Shown here: positions 1 to 10,320 of the stretch, piece after piece
How the letters are laid out: each line of letters begins with the position of its first letter
Numbering within the stretch: the first letter of the stretch is position 1
From: an uncultured Eubacteriales bacterium
GTDB taxonomy: Bacteria; Bacillota; Clostridia; Oscillospirales; Acutalibacteraceae
Direction of reading: 5' to 3'
DNA: 64,000 nt
NCBI GenBank assembly: GCA_910580045.1
Contig: CAJTXF010000004.1
Span: forward strand, 7,346 to 71,345
The notes under the pieces: generated by a model
The model's database searches: none
Seen by the model: the letters and a program-made list of their open reading frames with translations, nothing else
Told to the model about the DNA's origin: nothing
Position numbers and translations under genes: made by a program

Positions 1-1
1 G

Positions 2-433
2 CCTCATAAGGACGAGCAGGTGACCCTGGGCATCCTGGAGAACTGGGTCAGCCAGTATGAGAATGGCAACTACTACAACTGGGCTATTGAGCTCAAGGAG
101 CTGGAGGAGCCCATCGGCAGCATCAGCGTGGTGCAGCAGAACGACCGGGCCCGGCAGGCCCATATCGGCTACTGCCTGGGCAGGGAGTGGTGGCATCAGG
201 GCATTATGAGCGAGGCCCTTGCCGCTGTGATTGATTACCTGTTCAGCGAGGGATACCTGCGCATTGACTCCCGGCACAATGTGGCCAATCCCCACTCCGG
301 GGACGTGATGAAAAAATGCGGGATGCAGTATGAGGCCACCCTGCGCCAGAGGGGCTGGGACAACTCCGGCATCCATGACGAGGCCCTTTACTCTATTCTG
401 GCGGAAGACTATACAGGAGGTGAACGCCCATGA
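2..433 (+). CDS. GNAT family N-acetyltransferase (RimJ/RimL-like), 5'-truncated by the window edge
   Basis: Frame is open from base 2. Motifs HIGYCLGREWWHQGIMSEAL and N..SG.VMKKCGM are typical of the RimJ/RimL GNAT group. Confidence 0.85.
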   Translation, partial: PHKDEQVTLGILENWVSQYENGNYYNWAIELKELEEPIGSISVVQQNDRARQAHIGYCLGREWWHQGIMSEALAAVIDYLFSEGYLRIDSRHNVANPHSGDVMKKCGMQYEATLRQRGWDNSGIHDEALYSILAEDYTGGERP

Positions 434-2097
434 GGCTTTGCGGCGCGGATATTATTGTGAGGACCATCATCGAGCAGGGTGTGGACGTGGTGTTCGGCTA
501 CCCTGGCGGACAGATTATCAATGTGTACGACTCCCTTTATAAGTACCGGGACGAGCTGCGGCATGTGCTCACTGCCCACGAGCAGGGCGCGGCCCACGCC
601 GCTGACGGCTATGCCCGGGCCAGCGGCAAGCCGGGGGTAGTGATTGCCACCAGCGGCCCAGGGGCCACCAACCTGGTCACGGGCATTGCCACCGCCTATC
701 TGGACTCTGTGCCCCTGGTTGCCATTACTGGCAATGTGCCCGGCCCTCAGCTGGGTACGGACAGCTTCCAGGAAATTGATATTACAGGCATTACTTTGCC
801 CATTACCAAGCATAACTACATTGTGGGCTCTGTGGAGGAGCTGGCGGATACCATCCGGGAGGCCTTTCGGCTGGCTGTCTCAGACCGGCCGGGCCCAGTG
901 CTGGTGGATGTGCCCAAGAACATCCAGATTGCCGAATGTGAGTATGAGCCCCAGCCCCCTGTGCAGGCGGAGGAGAGATTTCCTGCCAAGGAAGTACGCA
1001 TCCGGGAGGCGGCTGCCTGCATCAATGCTGCCCACAAGCCCTATATCTACTTTGGGGGCGGCCTGATTGCTTCTGGAGCGGAAGAGGAGCTGCTTGCCCT
1101 CTCTGACAAAATCAACGCCCCCATGGGCTGCTCCTTTATGGGTATCTCCGGCGTGCCCAGCCAGCACTCCCGGTTTTTGGGAATGCAGGGCATGCACGGC
1201 CACTTCGCCTCTTCCATGGCCATGCACCACGCGGACTGCATCATTGCCCTGGGTGTGCGTTTTAACGACCGGGTCACAGGTGATAGGGAGAAGTTTGCCA
1301 CCAAGGCCAAAATTATTCACATTGATATTGACGGAGCAGAGCTCTCCAAGAATATTCCAGCCACCCACTCCCTGCGGGGGGACATGAAGGAGACTCTGCG
1401 GAAGCTCCTCCCCTTTGTTGAGCCCCACGAGCACGCTGCCTGGAACCTGGCAGTGGACCAGCTGCGCAATGACGAGCACTGGTCCCTGGACCATCGGGAG
1501 GGCATGACCCCCCGCAACGCCATCCAGATTCTGAACCGCTTTACCGGCGGCACCCTGCCAGTGGCCACAGATGTGGGCCAGCACCAGATGTGGGCTGCCC
1601 AGAACCTGGAGTTCAAGGAGGCGCGGCGGTTTATTTCCAGCGGCGGCCTGGGCACCATGGGCTTTGGCCTGGGGGCTGCCATTGGGGCTCAGATTGCCAC
1701 TGGGAAGCACGGGGTGCTTATCACTGGGGACGGCAGCTTTGGCATGTGTCTGAACGAGCTGGCCACCGCGGTCCATGAGCATATCCCCCTGGTGATTCTG
1801 CTGATGAACAACGGGGTTCTGGGTATGGTCCGCCAGTGGCAGACCCTGTTCTTCAACAAGCACTATTCCAACACTATTTTGGACAGGCAGACAGACTTTG
1901 TGGCCCTGAGCAGGGCTTTCGGCGCGGACGGCCAGCGGGTCACCACCTTGGAAGAGCTGGAAGCGGCTTTGCAGACCGCTTTTGCCTGTGAGGGTGTGTA
2001 TCTGGTAGAGTGCCTTATTGATAAGGACGAATTCGTCCTGCCCATGCTGCCCCCTGGCGGAAGCATGGATGACATGATTGTAAAGGTAGGTGATTGA
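430..2097 (+). CDS. ilvB: Acetolactate synthase large subunit
   Basis: VFGYPGG, HEQGAAHAADGYARASG, TSGPGATN and the TPP-binding GDGSFGM...NNG motif. RBS AGGAGG upstream. Confidence 0.97.
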   Translation: MRLCGADIIVRTIIEQGVDVVFGYPGGQIINVYDSLYKYRDELRHVLTAHEQGAAHAADGYARASGKPGVVIATSGPGATNLVTGIATAYLDSVPLVAITGNVPGPQLGTDSFQEIDITGITLPITKHNYIVGSVEELADTIREAFRLAVSDRPGPVLVDVPKNIQIAECEYEPQPPVQAEERFPAKEVRIREAAACINAAHKPYIYFGGGLIASGAEEELLALSDKINAPMGCSFMGISGVPSQHSRFLGMQGMHGHFASSMAMHHADCIIALGVRFNDRVTGDREKFATKAKIIHIDIDGAELSKNIPATHSLRGDMKETLRKLLPFVEPHEHAAWNLAVDQLRNDEHWSLDHREGMTPRNAIQILNRFTGGTLPVATDVGQHQMWAAQNLEFKEARRFISSGGLGTMGFGLGAAIGAQIATGKHGVLITGDGSFGMCLNELATAVHEHIPLVILLMNNGVLGMVRQWQTLFFNKHYSNTILDRQTDFVALSRAFGADGQRVTTLEELEAALQTAFACEGVYLVECLIDKDEFVLPMLPPGGSMDDMIVKVGD

Positions 2098-2098
2098 G

Positions 2099-2608
2099 AT
2101 GACTGGTTTTACTTTGGCGATTCTGGTGAAAAACGAGTTCGGCGTGCTGAACCGGGTGACCAGCATGTTCCGGCGGCGGCGGTTCAACATCAAGAGCCTG
2201 AGCGTCAGCGTCACAGAGTCCACGGACAAGTCTCGAATCACCATTGCCTCAGAGGGCGGCGGCCGGGAAAAGAACCAGCTGATTGACCAGCTCTACAAGC
2301 TGCCGGTGGTCATCTCCATTTTGGAGCTGGACGAGGCGGAGTCCATTACTTGCGAACTGCTGCTGCTGAAGGTCCGCAACCTGCCGGAGTTCCGCAGTGA
2401 CGTCCATGCCGCGGCCGAGGCCTTTGGGGCCAAAATCGTGGACTATACCAGGGAGTCAGTCGTCATGCAGATGGTGGGCGGCTCCCGGCATATTGATGCC
2501 TTTATTGATGTGATGCAGGACTACACTGTGCTGGAAATCTGCCGGACAGGCATTATCTCCCTGGAAAAGGGCAGCACCCCCATGGAGAGGCGCACGGAAA
2601 TCTATTGA
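2099..2608 (+). CDS. ilvN: Acetolactate synthase small regulatory subunit
   Basis: ACT domain LV.NEFGVLNRVTSMFRRRRFNI.SL and C-terminal EICRTG; follows ilvB. Alternative GTG start at 2090. Confidence 0.93.
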   Translation: MTGFTLAILVKNEFGVLNRVTSMFRRRRFNIKSLSVSVTESTDKSRITIASEGGGREKNQLIDQLYKLPVVISILELDEAESITCELLLLKVRNLPEFRSDVHAAAEAFGAKIVDYTRESVVMQMVGGSRHIDAFIDVMQDYTVLEICRTGIISLEKGSTPMERRTEIY

Positions 2609-2658
2609 TTCGGTTTCACGATTTACGGCACACCTTTGCAACTATCATCTTCACATAG
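2608..2658 (+). pseudogene. Tiny remnant of a tyrosine recombinase/integrase catalytic motif
   Basis: Intergenic bases translate to IRFHDLRHTFATIIFT*, the HxLRH box of tyrosine integrases. No start codon or rest of the gene is present. Confidence 0.65.
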
Positions 2659-2673
2659 AAGGGACGGGTACCT

Positions 2674-3285
2674 ATGATAAAATTAACCTGGCTGGGCCAC
2701 TCCTGCTTCCGGGCAGAATGCGCCACGAGCAAAATCATAATTGATTCCTTTGCGCCTGGCAGTGTGCCCGGGCTGCGGGATATTCACGAGCAGGCCCAGA
2801 TGGCTCTCTGCAGCCACGAGCACCACGACCACAACTATCGGGAGGGCGTCACCCTCACTGGCGGAGAGAGCGAAATAGACGTTCAGAGCTATCCCTCTTT
2901 CCACGATGACTGCCAAGGAGAGAAGCGAGGGCCCAACAGCATCCATGTGCTCAGCGATGGCAGCGTACGAATCGCCCATATGGGGGACATTGGCTGTATG
3001 CCTTCGCCGGAGGTCATAGAAGCCCTCCGGGGCGTGGACGCTATGCTCATTCCTGTAGGCGGATATTACACTGTAGGGCCCAAGGAGGCCATGGAGATTG
3101 TAGAGGCCACGGCGCCCAGGGTGGTGATTCCCATGCACTACCGCTCCCCGGACTTTGGCTTTGACGTGCTGGGGCCTGTGGAGGATTTCCTGGCCCTGTG
3201 CGGGAACTGGCGGAAGGCGGAGGGGAACTCCATTGACATCACCCCTGACACGGAGCCCGGCACGGTGGTGCTCCAATACAGCTAG
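2674..3285 (+). CDS. MBL-fold metallo-hydrolase
   Basis: WLGHSCF, SHEHHDH, HMGD, IPVGG and IPMHY motifs. Confidence 0.9.
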   Translation: MIKLTWLGHSCFRAECATSKIIIDSFAPGSVPGLRDIHEQAQMALCSHEHHDHNYREGVTLTGGESEIDVQSYPSFHDDCQGEKRGPNSIHVLSDGSVRIAHMGDIGCMPSPEVIEALRGVDAMLIPVGGYYTVGPKEAMEIVEATAPRVVIPMHYRSPDFGFDVLGPVEDFLALCGNWRKAEGNSIDITPDTEPGTVVLQYS

Positions 3286-3289
3286 TACC

Positions 3290-3808
3290 ATGCCCTCTCT
3301 GTGTTTGGAGCTTTTGACAGAGGAAAACCTCCCCCAGGCACAGGCCGTCCGGCGGGAGGATATCAGCGAGGATTTTGTGGATTCGGCGGACGCCATCTGG
3401 GAATTGACCCAGTGGGGCCTGGAGCATGGCTGTCTGGGCCACACCTTCCTGATTCTGTGGGAGGGCAAGTGCGTGGGCTTCCTTTTGCTGGGGGAGGCCA
3501 TCCCCTGGGAGACCGACCCGCCGGAAATGGCAGAAGAGCCTTTTTACCGGCTGATGGGCTTTGTGCTGGACAACCGGTACCGGGGCCGGGGAATCGGCGG
3601 CCAGGCCTTGGATATGGCCATTGCCCGCTGTTATCAGGACTTTGGGCCCCGGCCCATTGCCCTGGGGGTGCATAAGGACAACATTGGTGCCCAGCGGTTC
3701 TACCTGCGGCATGGGTTTGTGAAAACCCGGTATATGGAGGGGAACGACTATTACTTTTTGCGGTACCCCCCGCGCTGGAGAAGCGAGAACGACAGGAGGT
3801 CAGGATGA
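3290..3808 (+). CDS. GNAT family N-acetyltransferase
   Basis: Acetyl-CoA motif YRGRGIG and N..AQRFY.RHGF. ATG at 3290 just after the upstream stop. Confidence 0.85.
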   Translation: MPSLCLELLTEENLPQAQAVRREDISEDFVDSADAIWELTQWGLEHGCLGHTFLILWEGKCVGFLLLGEAIPWETDPPEMAEEPFYRLMGFVLDNRYRGRGIGGQALDMAIARCYQDFGPRPIALGVHKDNIGAQRFYLRHGFVKTRYMEGNDYYFLRYPPRWRSENDRRSG

Positions 3809-4614
3809 ACGCCGAACTGGAAAAGATATTGACGGACTATATGGTCCTGGCTCAAAAGGAGTCGGCCATTCTGGGGGCCTGGAAATTTGGCTCCATCAGC
3901 AGGGGACTGGACGACGCGCTCTCGGATGTCGACCTGGTGCTACTGATAGACGGCAGCTGTTTTTCCCATGCAGATGATTTGGCTGAGAGTATTTTGAAAA
4001 AAGTCTGTGCGGGTATAGTCCTGCGCTGGGAGGAAGATTTCAACAGCGGGGCGATCCATAATAACGGATATCTCATCCGAACGCCCAGCAGCCTCTCTCA
4101 TTTTGATTTGTTTTTGCTGAATCAGGAGCAGACTGACGACCCCATGTGCCGCATCCACTATACAGGACTGAAAGAGGAACATATTCTTTTTGACCGGCGC
4201 GAAGCTGTGAAAAGTCTTTGTTATAACAGTCCTGCCGGGGAGCTCTGGCGGGCGGACCGGGACCGGCTGGCGCGCACCTATCTGTATCATTTCGCAATGA
4301 GCGCCAAATATCTGCTGCGGCAGGATTATTTTAAGCTATATCCTGTTCTGCATACTTTATACGAAACCCACGCTTCCTTACTTCTCACAGAATACGACGC
4401 AATCCCCTGGGGCGGACCTCAGAATAAGCTCCAATATATCCCTTTGGAAAAGCAGGCGCACTTGAAGCGATATGTCTGCCTGGAGGATTTAACCCAGGTT
4501 CGGGAAAACTTACGCCAATCTCTGGCTTGGTTCCAGGAGGACGCCACAGAGCTGGGCGAATCTGCGGAACCAATAAATGCTGTCAGTGTTTTTTGGAGTT
4601 CTTTGTTACAATAA
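3805..4614 (+). CDS. Pol-beta-superfamily nucleotidyltransferase (LinB/AadK-like architecture)
   Basis: FGSISRG.DDALSDVDL (GS...DxD) motif followed by a helical C-terminal domain; visibly more AT-rich than its neighbours. Confidence 0.7.
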   Translation: MNAELEKILTDYMVLAQKESAILGAWKFGSISRGLDDALSDVDLVLLIDGSCFSHADDLAESILKKVCAGIVLRWEEDFNSGAIHNNGYLIRTPSSLSHFDLFLLNQEQTDDPMCRIHYTGLKEEHILFDRREAVKSLCYNSPAGELWRADRDRLARTYLYHFAMSAKYLLRQDYFKLYPVLHTLYETHASLLLTEYDAIPWGGPQNKLQYIPLEKQAHLKRYVCLEDLTQVRENLRQSLAWFQEDATELGESAEPINAVSVFWSSLLQ

Positions 4615-4658
4615 TCGTTATTTGCTGGCATACCGAAAGGTATCACATAAATTTTTGA

Positions 4659-5690
<1,032 letters not shown>

Positions 5691-5702
5691 GGGGGCTCTG
5701 GC

Positions 5703-6566
5703 ATGACAGAACAAGAGGCTCTTGAAACCCATCGCCAGCTGTTTGACATCTACAGCGGCATTCTCTTTAACAACCAGGCATTCAGCTCTGGGAAGCAGGA
5801 GAGCATCTCCTATGTTTTTGACTGCCCGGAGTACAAAACCCTGATGGAGAAATACCATATTGAGCAAATCGCCGGGGAGGGCACTGCTTTCCAGCGGGCG
5901 GAACGTCTTCTGCATTGGATGTCGCCCAGGCTGAAGCATAAGTCCGATTATGACAACCATGTGCCCATGAACTCTCTGGCGCTGCTGGACTACAGTCTCG
6001 ACAGACCTGAAAACGGCATCAACTGCCGGAACAAATCCATTATCCTCACCGAATGCTGCCTGGCCCTGGGCATCTATGCCCGGCGGGTATCCATTATGCC
6101 CTACTCCCCCTATGACATGGACAACCATGTGGTGGCGGAAATCTATGATTCGGAGCTGGAAAAATGGGTGATGATGGACCCCACCACGGACGGCATCTTC
6201 TTTGATGAACAGGGCACACCCCTCTCCCTGCTGGAACTGCGGGAGAGGTTCGCCGCTCACAAGCCTGCCCCTTTCACTGGAAGCGAAAACGCAGAGGAGA
6301 TAAACGCCTACATCGCCAAGAACCTGTTCCGCTTTATGATGGACGGGGACAACGGCTTCGGGCTGGCAGACAAGCGGACCCTGTATTTTACGCCTGCTGG
6401 CTACCAGGTCAAGGAGAACCAGCTGGCCTCTATTGAGTACCGGCTGGGAGAGATTCCTCCGGACGCCATGCGGCTGCAAAAGCTGTTTTCCAACATGTTG
6501 GAAAGGACCCAGGAGAAGCCGGAACCGGAGACCTGGGACATCAGCCTGATGGAGAAGAAGCCATGA
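5703..6566 (+). CDS. Transglutaminase-like (Cys-His-Asp) domain protein
   Basis: GINCRNKS...HVVAE...WVMMDPT catalytic pattern. Confidence 0.75.
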   Translation: MTEQEALETHRQLFDIYSGILFNNQAFSSGKQESISYVFDCPEYKTLMEKYHIEQIAGEGTAFQRAERLLHWMSPRLKHKSDYDNHVPMNSLALLDYSLDRPENGINCRNKSIILTECCLALGIYARRVSIMPYSPYDMDNHVVAEIYDSELEKWVMMDPTTDGIFFDEQGTPLSLLELRERFAAHKPAPFTGSENAEEINAYIAKNLFRFMMDGDNGFGLADKRTLYFTPAGYQVKENQLASIEYRLGEIPPDAMRLQKLFSNMLERTQEKPEPETWDISLMEKKP

Positions 6567-7291
6567 AAAGATTTTTGAGCCTGGCCCTTGCCCTGTGCCT
6601 GGTGCTGGGTCTGGGCGGGTGCCAGTTCATAACCAAAGAGATTATCGAAAGGGACGCCGCTTCCCCGGAAAGCAGAGTGCTGAGGGACAACGTCGATAAG
6701 CACGCCGCCCTGGACGGCGCGGCGCTCTATGAGCACAGCCTGGAGCTGGCGGGGCTGCTGGAGGAAATGCTCCGCTCACCGGAGTATTTTGAGCTGATGG
6801 GCGGCTCTGACCACCTGGGCGAGGTGATAATTCCCCTGATGCGCTCGAACCTATCGGAGCCGGAGAGCGCCTACCTGATTACCCTCTCAGAGGACGCGCT
6901 GCCGCTGCTGATGGACACAGCGGAGGTGGACATGGAGGATTTCTCCCCCAGGCTGCGGAAGTTCTTGGAGCGCAGGATGTTCCAGTCCATGCCCACCATT
7001 CTGAACTCCCAGCAGGGGGCCGAGACCCTGGCCGCGTCCAGCATTCTTACCGTGTCCCAAGCCTGGGCCGGGGAAAGCCTGGAGGAGAGCTGCTATCTGG
7101 TACTCCACTACCCGGACGCCTGCCCGGTGATAGTGTCCTTCTGGGGCGGGGACGGGCTTATGGAGAGCACAGCCACCCTGCTTATCGGCACAGCCCTGGA
7201 GGAGGATTCCATACCGGACGTGGCAAAGCTGTTCCAGCAGCTGGGCATTGCAGGTATGCACGTGCAGGAACTGGAAATAGACGAAGATTGA
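6563..7291 (+). CDS. Putative lipoprotein, function unknown
   Basis: Signal peptide [20 protein letters not shown] with a lipobox Cys; ATGA overlap with the upstream stop. Confidence 0.7.
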   Translation: MKRFLSLALALCLVLGLGGCQFITKEIIERDAASPESRVLRDNVDKHAALDGAALYEHSLELAGLLEEMLRSPEYFELMGGSDHLGEVIIPLMRSNLSEPESAYLITLSEDALPLLMDTAEVDMEDFSPRLRKFLERRMFQSMPTILNSQQGAETLAASSILTVSQAWAGESLEESCYLVLHYPDACPVIVSFWGGDGLMESTATLLIGTALEEDSIPDVAKLFQQLGIAGMHVQELEIDED

Positions 7292-7347
7292 GCAATCCGG
7301 GCAGGGCCCCTGCCCTGCCCGGTACTTTTTACCCAAGGAGAATGATT

Positions 7348-9003
7348 ATGGTAAGCGACAACATCAAGCTGACCCCCCAGAACGCCCCCCACCGGGCCCT
7401 GTACCATGCCCTGGGGCTGACCGAGGAGGAGATTGCCCGGCCCCTGGTGGGCGTGGTCAGCTCCTATAACGAGATTGTGCCCGGGCACATGAACATCGAC
7501 AAAATTGTGGACGCGGTAAAGCTGGGCGTGGCCATGGCCGGGGGGACCCCCATTGTGTTCCCCGCGATTGCTGTCTGCGACGGCATTGCCATGGGCCATG
7601 TGGGCATGAAGTACTCCCTGGTGACCCGGGATTTGATTGCGGACTCTACAGAGGCCATGGCCCTGGCCCACGGCTTTGACGCCCTGGTGATGGTGCCCAA
7701 CTGCGACAAGAACGTCCCCGGCCTGCTGATGGCCGCCGCACGGCTCAACCTGCCCACGGTATTTGTCAGCGGCGGACCTATGCTTGCCGGTCATGTGGAC
7801 GGGCAGAAGACCAGCTTCTCCTCTATCTCAGAGGCAGTGGGCGCTTATAATGCCGGAAAAATTTCCGAGGAAAAGCTGCGGGAGTATGAGTGCAAAACCT
7901 GTCCCAGCTGCGGCTCCTGCTCCGGCATGTACACTGCCAACTCCATGAACTGCCTCACGGAGGTGCTGGGCATGGGCCTGCGGGGCAACGGCACCATCCC
8001 TGCCGTGTACTCCGCCCGCGTCGAGCTGGCCAAGCACGCTGGCATGGCGGTGATGGAGATGCTGAAAAAGGACATCCGGCCCCGGGATATTATGAGCCGG
8101 GAGGCCTTCCTGAACGCCCTGACTGTGGACATGGCCCTGGGCTGCTCCACCAACTCCATGCTGCATCTGCCCGCCATTGCCCATGAGTGCGGCATTGACA
8201 TTGACCTGGACATCGCCAACGCCATGAGCGAGAAGACCCCCAACCTGTGCCATCTGGCCCCTGCCGGGCGTACTTATGTGGAGGACTTGGACGAGGCAGG
8301 CGGGGTTTACGCCATTATGCACGAGCTGAACAAGAAGGGTCTGCTCCATACCCAGTGCGTGACCGTCACCGGGAAAACCGTGGGAGAAAATATCGCCAGC
8401 ACACCCAACCTGAACCCAGAGGTCATTCGGCCCATTGAGAACCCCTACAGCCAGACTGGCGGCATTGCCGTGCTCAAGGGCAACCTGGCCCCAGAGGGCA
8501 GCGTGGTCAAGCGCTCTGCCGTGGCGGAGGAAATGCTGGTGCATGAGGGCCCAGCCCGGGTGTTCGAGTGCGAGGAGGACGCCCAGGCCGCTATCAACGC
8601 CGGGAAAATCAACCCAGGCGACGTGGTGGTTATCCGCTATGAGGGACCCAAGGGCGGCCCCGGAATGCGGGAGATGCTGAACCCCACCTCCGCCATTATG
8701 GGCATGGGGCTGGGCAATTCTGTGGCGCTGATTACAGACGGGCGGTTCAGCGGGGCCACCCGGGGTGCCTGCGTGGGTCATATCTCCCCAGAGGCGGCCA
8801 GCGGCGGGCCTATCGGCGTGGTGCAGGAGGGGGACCCCATCCGCATTGATATCCCCAGCAACAGCATTACGCTGAACATTCCCCAGGAGGAGCTGGACGC
8901 CCGGATGGCGGGCTTTACACCCAAACAAAAAGAGCTGAGCGGGTACCTGCGGCGGTATGCAGCCCTGGTATCCAGCGGCGCGAAGGGGGCGGTGTTGAAC
9001 TAA
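7348..9003 (+). CDS. ilvD: Dihydroxy-acid dehydratase
   Basis: [38 protein letters not shown] and TDGRFSG motifs. RBS AGGAG at 7336-7340. Confidence 0.98.
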   Translation: MVSDNIKLTPQNAPHRALYHALGLTEEEIARPLVGVVSSYNEIVPGHMNIDKIVDAVKLGVAMAGGTPIVFPAIAVCDGIAMGHVGMKYSLVTRDLIADSTEAMALAHGFDALVMVPNCDKNVPGLLMAAARLNLPTVFVSGGPMLAGHVDGQKTSFSSISEAVGAYNAGKISEEKLREYECKTCPSCGSCSGMYTANSMNCLTEVLGMGLRGNGTIPAVYSARVELAKHAGMAVMEMLKKDIRPRDIMSREAFLNALTVDMALGCSTNSMLHLPAIAHECGIDIDLDIANAMSEKTPNLCHLAPAGRTYVEDLDEAGGVYAIMHELNKKGLLHTQCVTVTGKTVGENIASTPNLNPEVIRPIENPYSQTGGIAVLKGNLAPEGSVVKRSAVAEEMLVHEGPARVFECEEDAQAAINAGKINPGDVVVIRYEGPKGGPGMREMLNPTSAIMGMGLGNSVALITDGRFSGATRGACVGHISPEAASGGPIGVVQEGDPIRIDIPSNSITLNIPQEELDARMAGFTPKQKELSGYLRRYAALVSSGAKGAVLN

Positions 9004-10199
9004 TGGGAAAAAAATTGCCGAAACTGGCCCTGCATCTCCGGGCCATGACTGTGTTCCGCCCCCTGCTGGACGACCCGGTGCTCCGGGCCCTGACCCGTTG
9101 CCTGGAAAACGCCGGGAGCGGCGCAGAACGCTTTGTGCCCCTATATGGGGAGTTCCTCTCCCGGCTGTACAAGGCGGGGTATGTCAGCCTCAGCGAATAC
9201 ACCCGGGATTTGGTGTTTGACAGCGACAACCCCTATATCCGGGCCATGTGCTCTGGCCGGACGCCGGACAAGCTGCTGCTGGACGGGGCCATGCTGGACC
9301 TGGAGACCCTCAGCGCCGTGGCCGCTTTGGACGCGGACCGGCTGCTGAGCGAAGCCAATGTAAACATGCAGATGGCCAAGTATGAGGTGCGGAAAATCAA
9401 CCTGACCAACGAGTACGCTGAGCGGGCCAAGAAGGTGAGCCAATACGGCTATGGCATTTTCGCCCGGTGCCCCATGTTCTGCCTGAGCCCGGAGGGAAAA
9501 ATCACCCCGGTGCGCAGCCCGGATACTATCCGCCTGTCGGATTTGGTGGACTATGAGCGGGAAAAAGAGCTGATTCTGGGCAACACCCGGGCTCTGCTGG
9601 AGGGCAAGCCCGCGGCCAATATGCTCCTGACCGGGGACGCGGGAACCGGCAAGTCCTCTACCGTGAAGGCTGTGGTCAACGAGCTGTGGCAGGAGGGCCT
9701 GCGCATTCTGGAGGTGCGCAAGGAGCAGCTCCACCTGCTGCCCGGGGTGCTGGACGAGCTGAACCGGAACCCCCTGAAATTCATCATCTTTATCGATGAT
9801 TTGAGCTTCCAGAAGGACGACGATGATTTCAGCGCGCTGAAGGCCATGCTGGAGGGCTCGGTCTCGGCCAAGAGCCGGAATGTGGTCATCTACGCCACCA
9901 GCAACCGCCGCCATCTGGTGAAGGAGAAGTTCTCGGACCGGGAGGGGGACGAAATCCACCGGCGGGACGCCATGCAGGAAATCGTGTCCCTGTCTGAGCG
10001 GTTCGGCCTGCGGGTGACCTTCTCCCGGCCGGACAAGGCCACGTACCTGAACATTGTCCGGCGGCTGGCGGCGGAGAGCGGCCTGAAACTGCCGGAGGAG
10101 GAGCTGTGCGCCGGGGCAGAGCGCTTTGCCCTCTCCCGCAGCAGCCGCTCTGCCCGGGCGGCCAGGCAGTATATTGACGGGCTTTTGGCAAGGGAATAA
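9003..10199 (+). CDS. AAA+ ATP-binding protein (DUF815-like)
   Basis: Walker A GDAGTGKS, Walker B IIFIDDLSF, YATSNRRHL and SLSERFG motifs. TAATG coupling to ilvD. Confidence 0.85.
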   Translation: MGKKLPKLALHLRAMTVFRPLLDDPVLRALTRCLENAGSGAERFVPLYGEFLSRLYKAGYVSLSEYTRDLVFDSDNPYIRAMCSGRTPDKLLLDGAMLDLETLSAVAALDADRLLSEANVNMQMAKYEVRKINLTNEYAERAKKVSQYGYGIFARCPMFCLSPEGKITPVRSPDTIRLSDLVDYEREKELILGNTRALLEGKPAANMLLTGDAGTGKSSTVKAVVNELWQEGLRILEVRKEQLHLLPGVLDELNRNPLKFIIFIDDLSFQKDDDDFSALKAMLEGSVSAKSRNVVIYATSNRRHLVKEKFSDREGDEIHRRDAMQEIVSLSERFGLRVTFSRPDKATYLNIVRRLAAESGLKLPEEELCAGAERFALSRSSRSARAARQYIDGLLARE

Positions 10200-10201
10200 G
10201 G

Positions 10202-10243
10202 AAAAGCGGCGGCGGGATGGAAAAAATTCCCACCGCCGCTTTC
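10202..10243. terminator. Intrinsic terminator-like hairpin
   Basis: AAAGCGGCGGCGGGA ... TCCCACCGCCGCTTT inverted repeat after the ATPase gene. Confidence 0.65.
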
Positions 10244-10320
10244 TGTTGTTGGGTTGACTTTCCTGTCCGTGTGGGATATAATGGATTCATCTATTACTGC
10301 AGAATGGAAGGGGACCCAAA

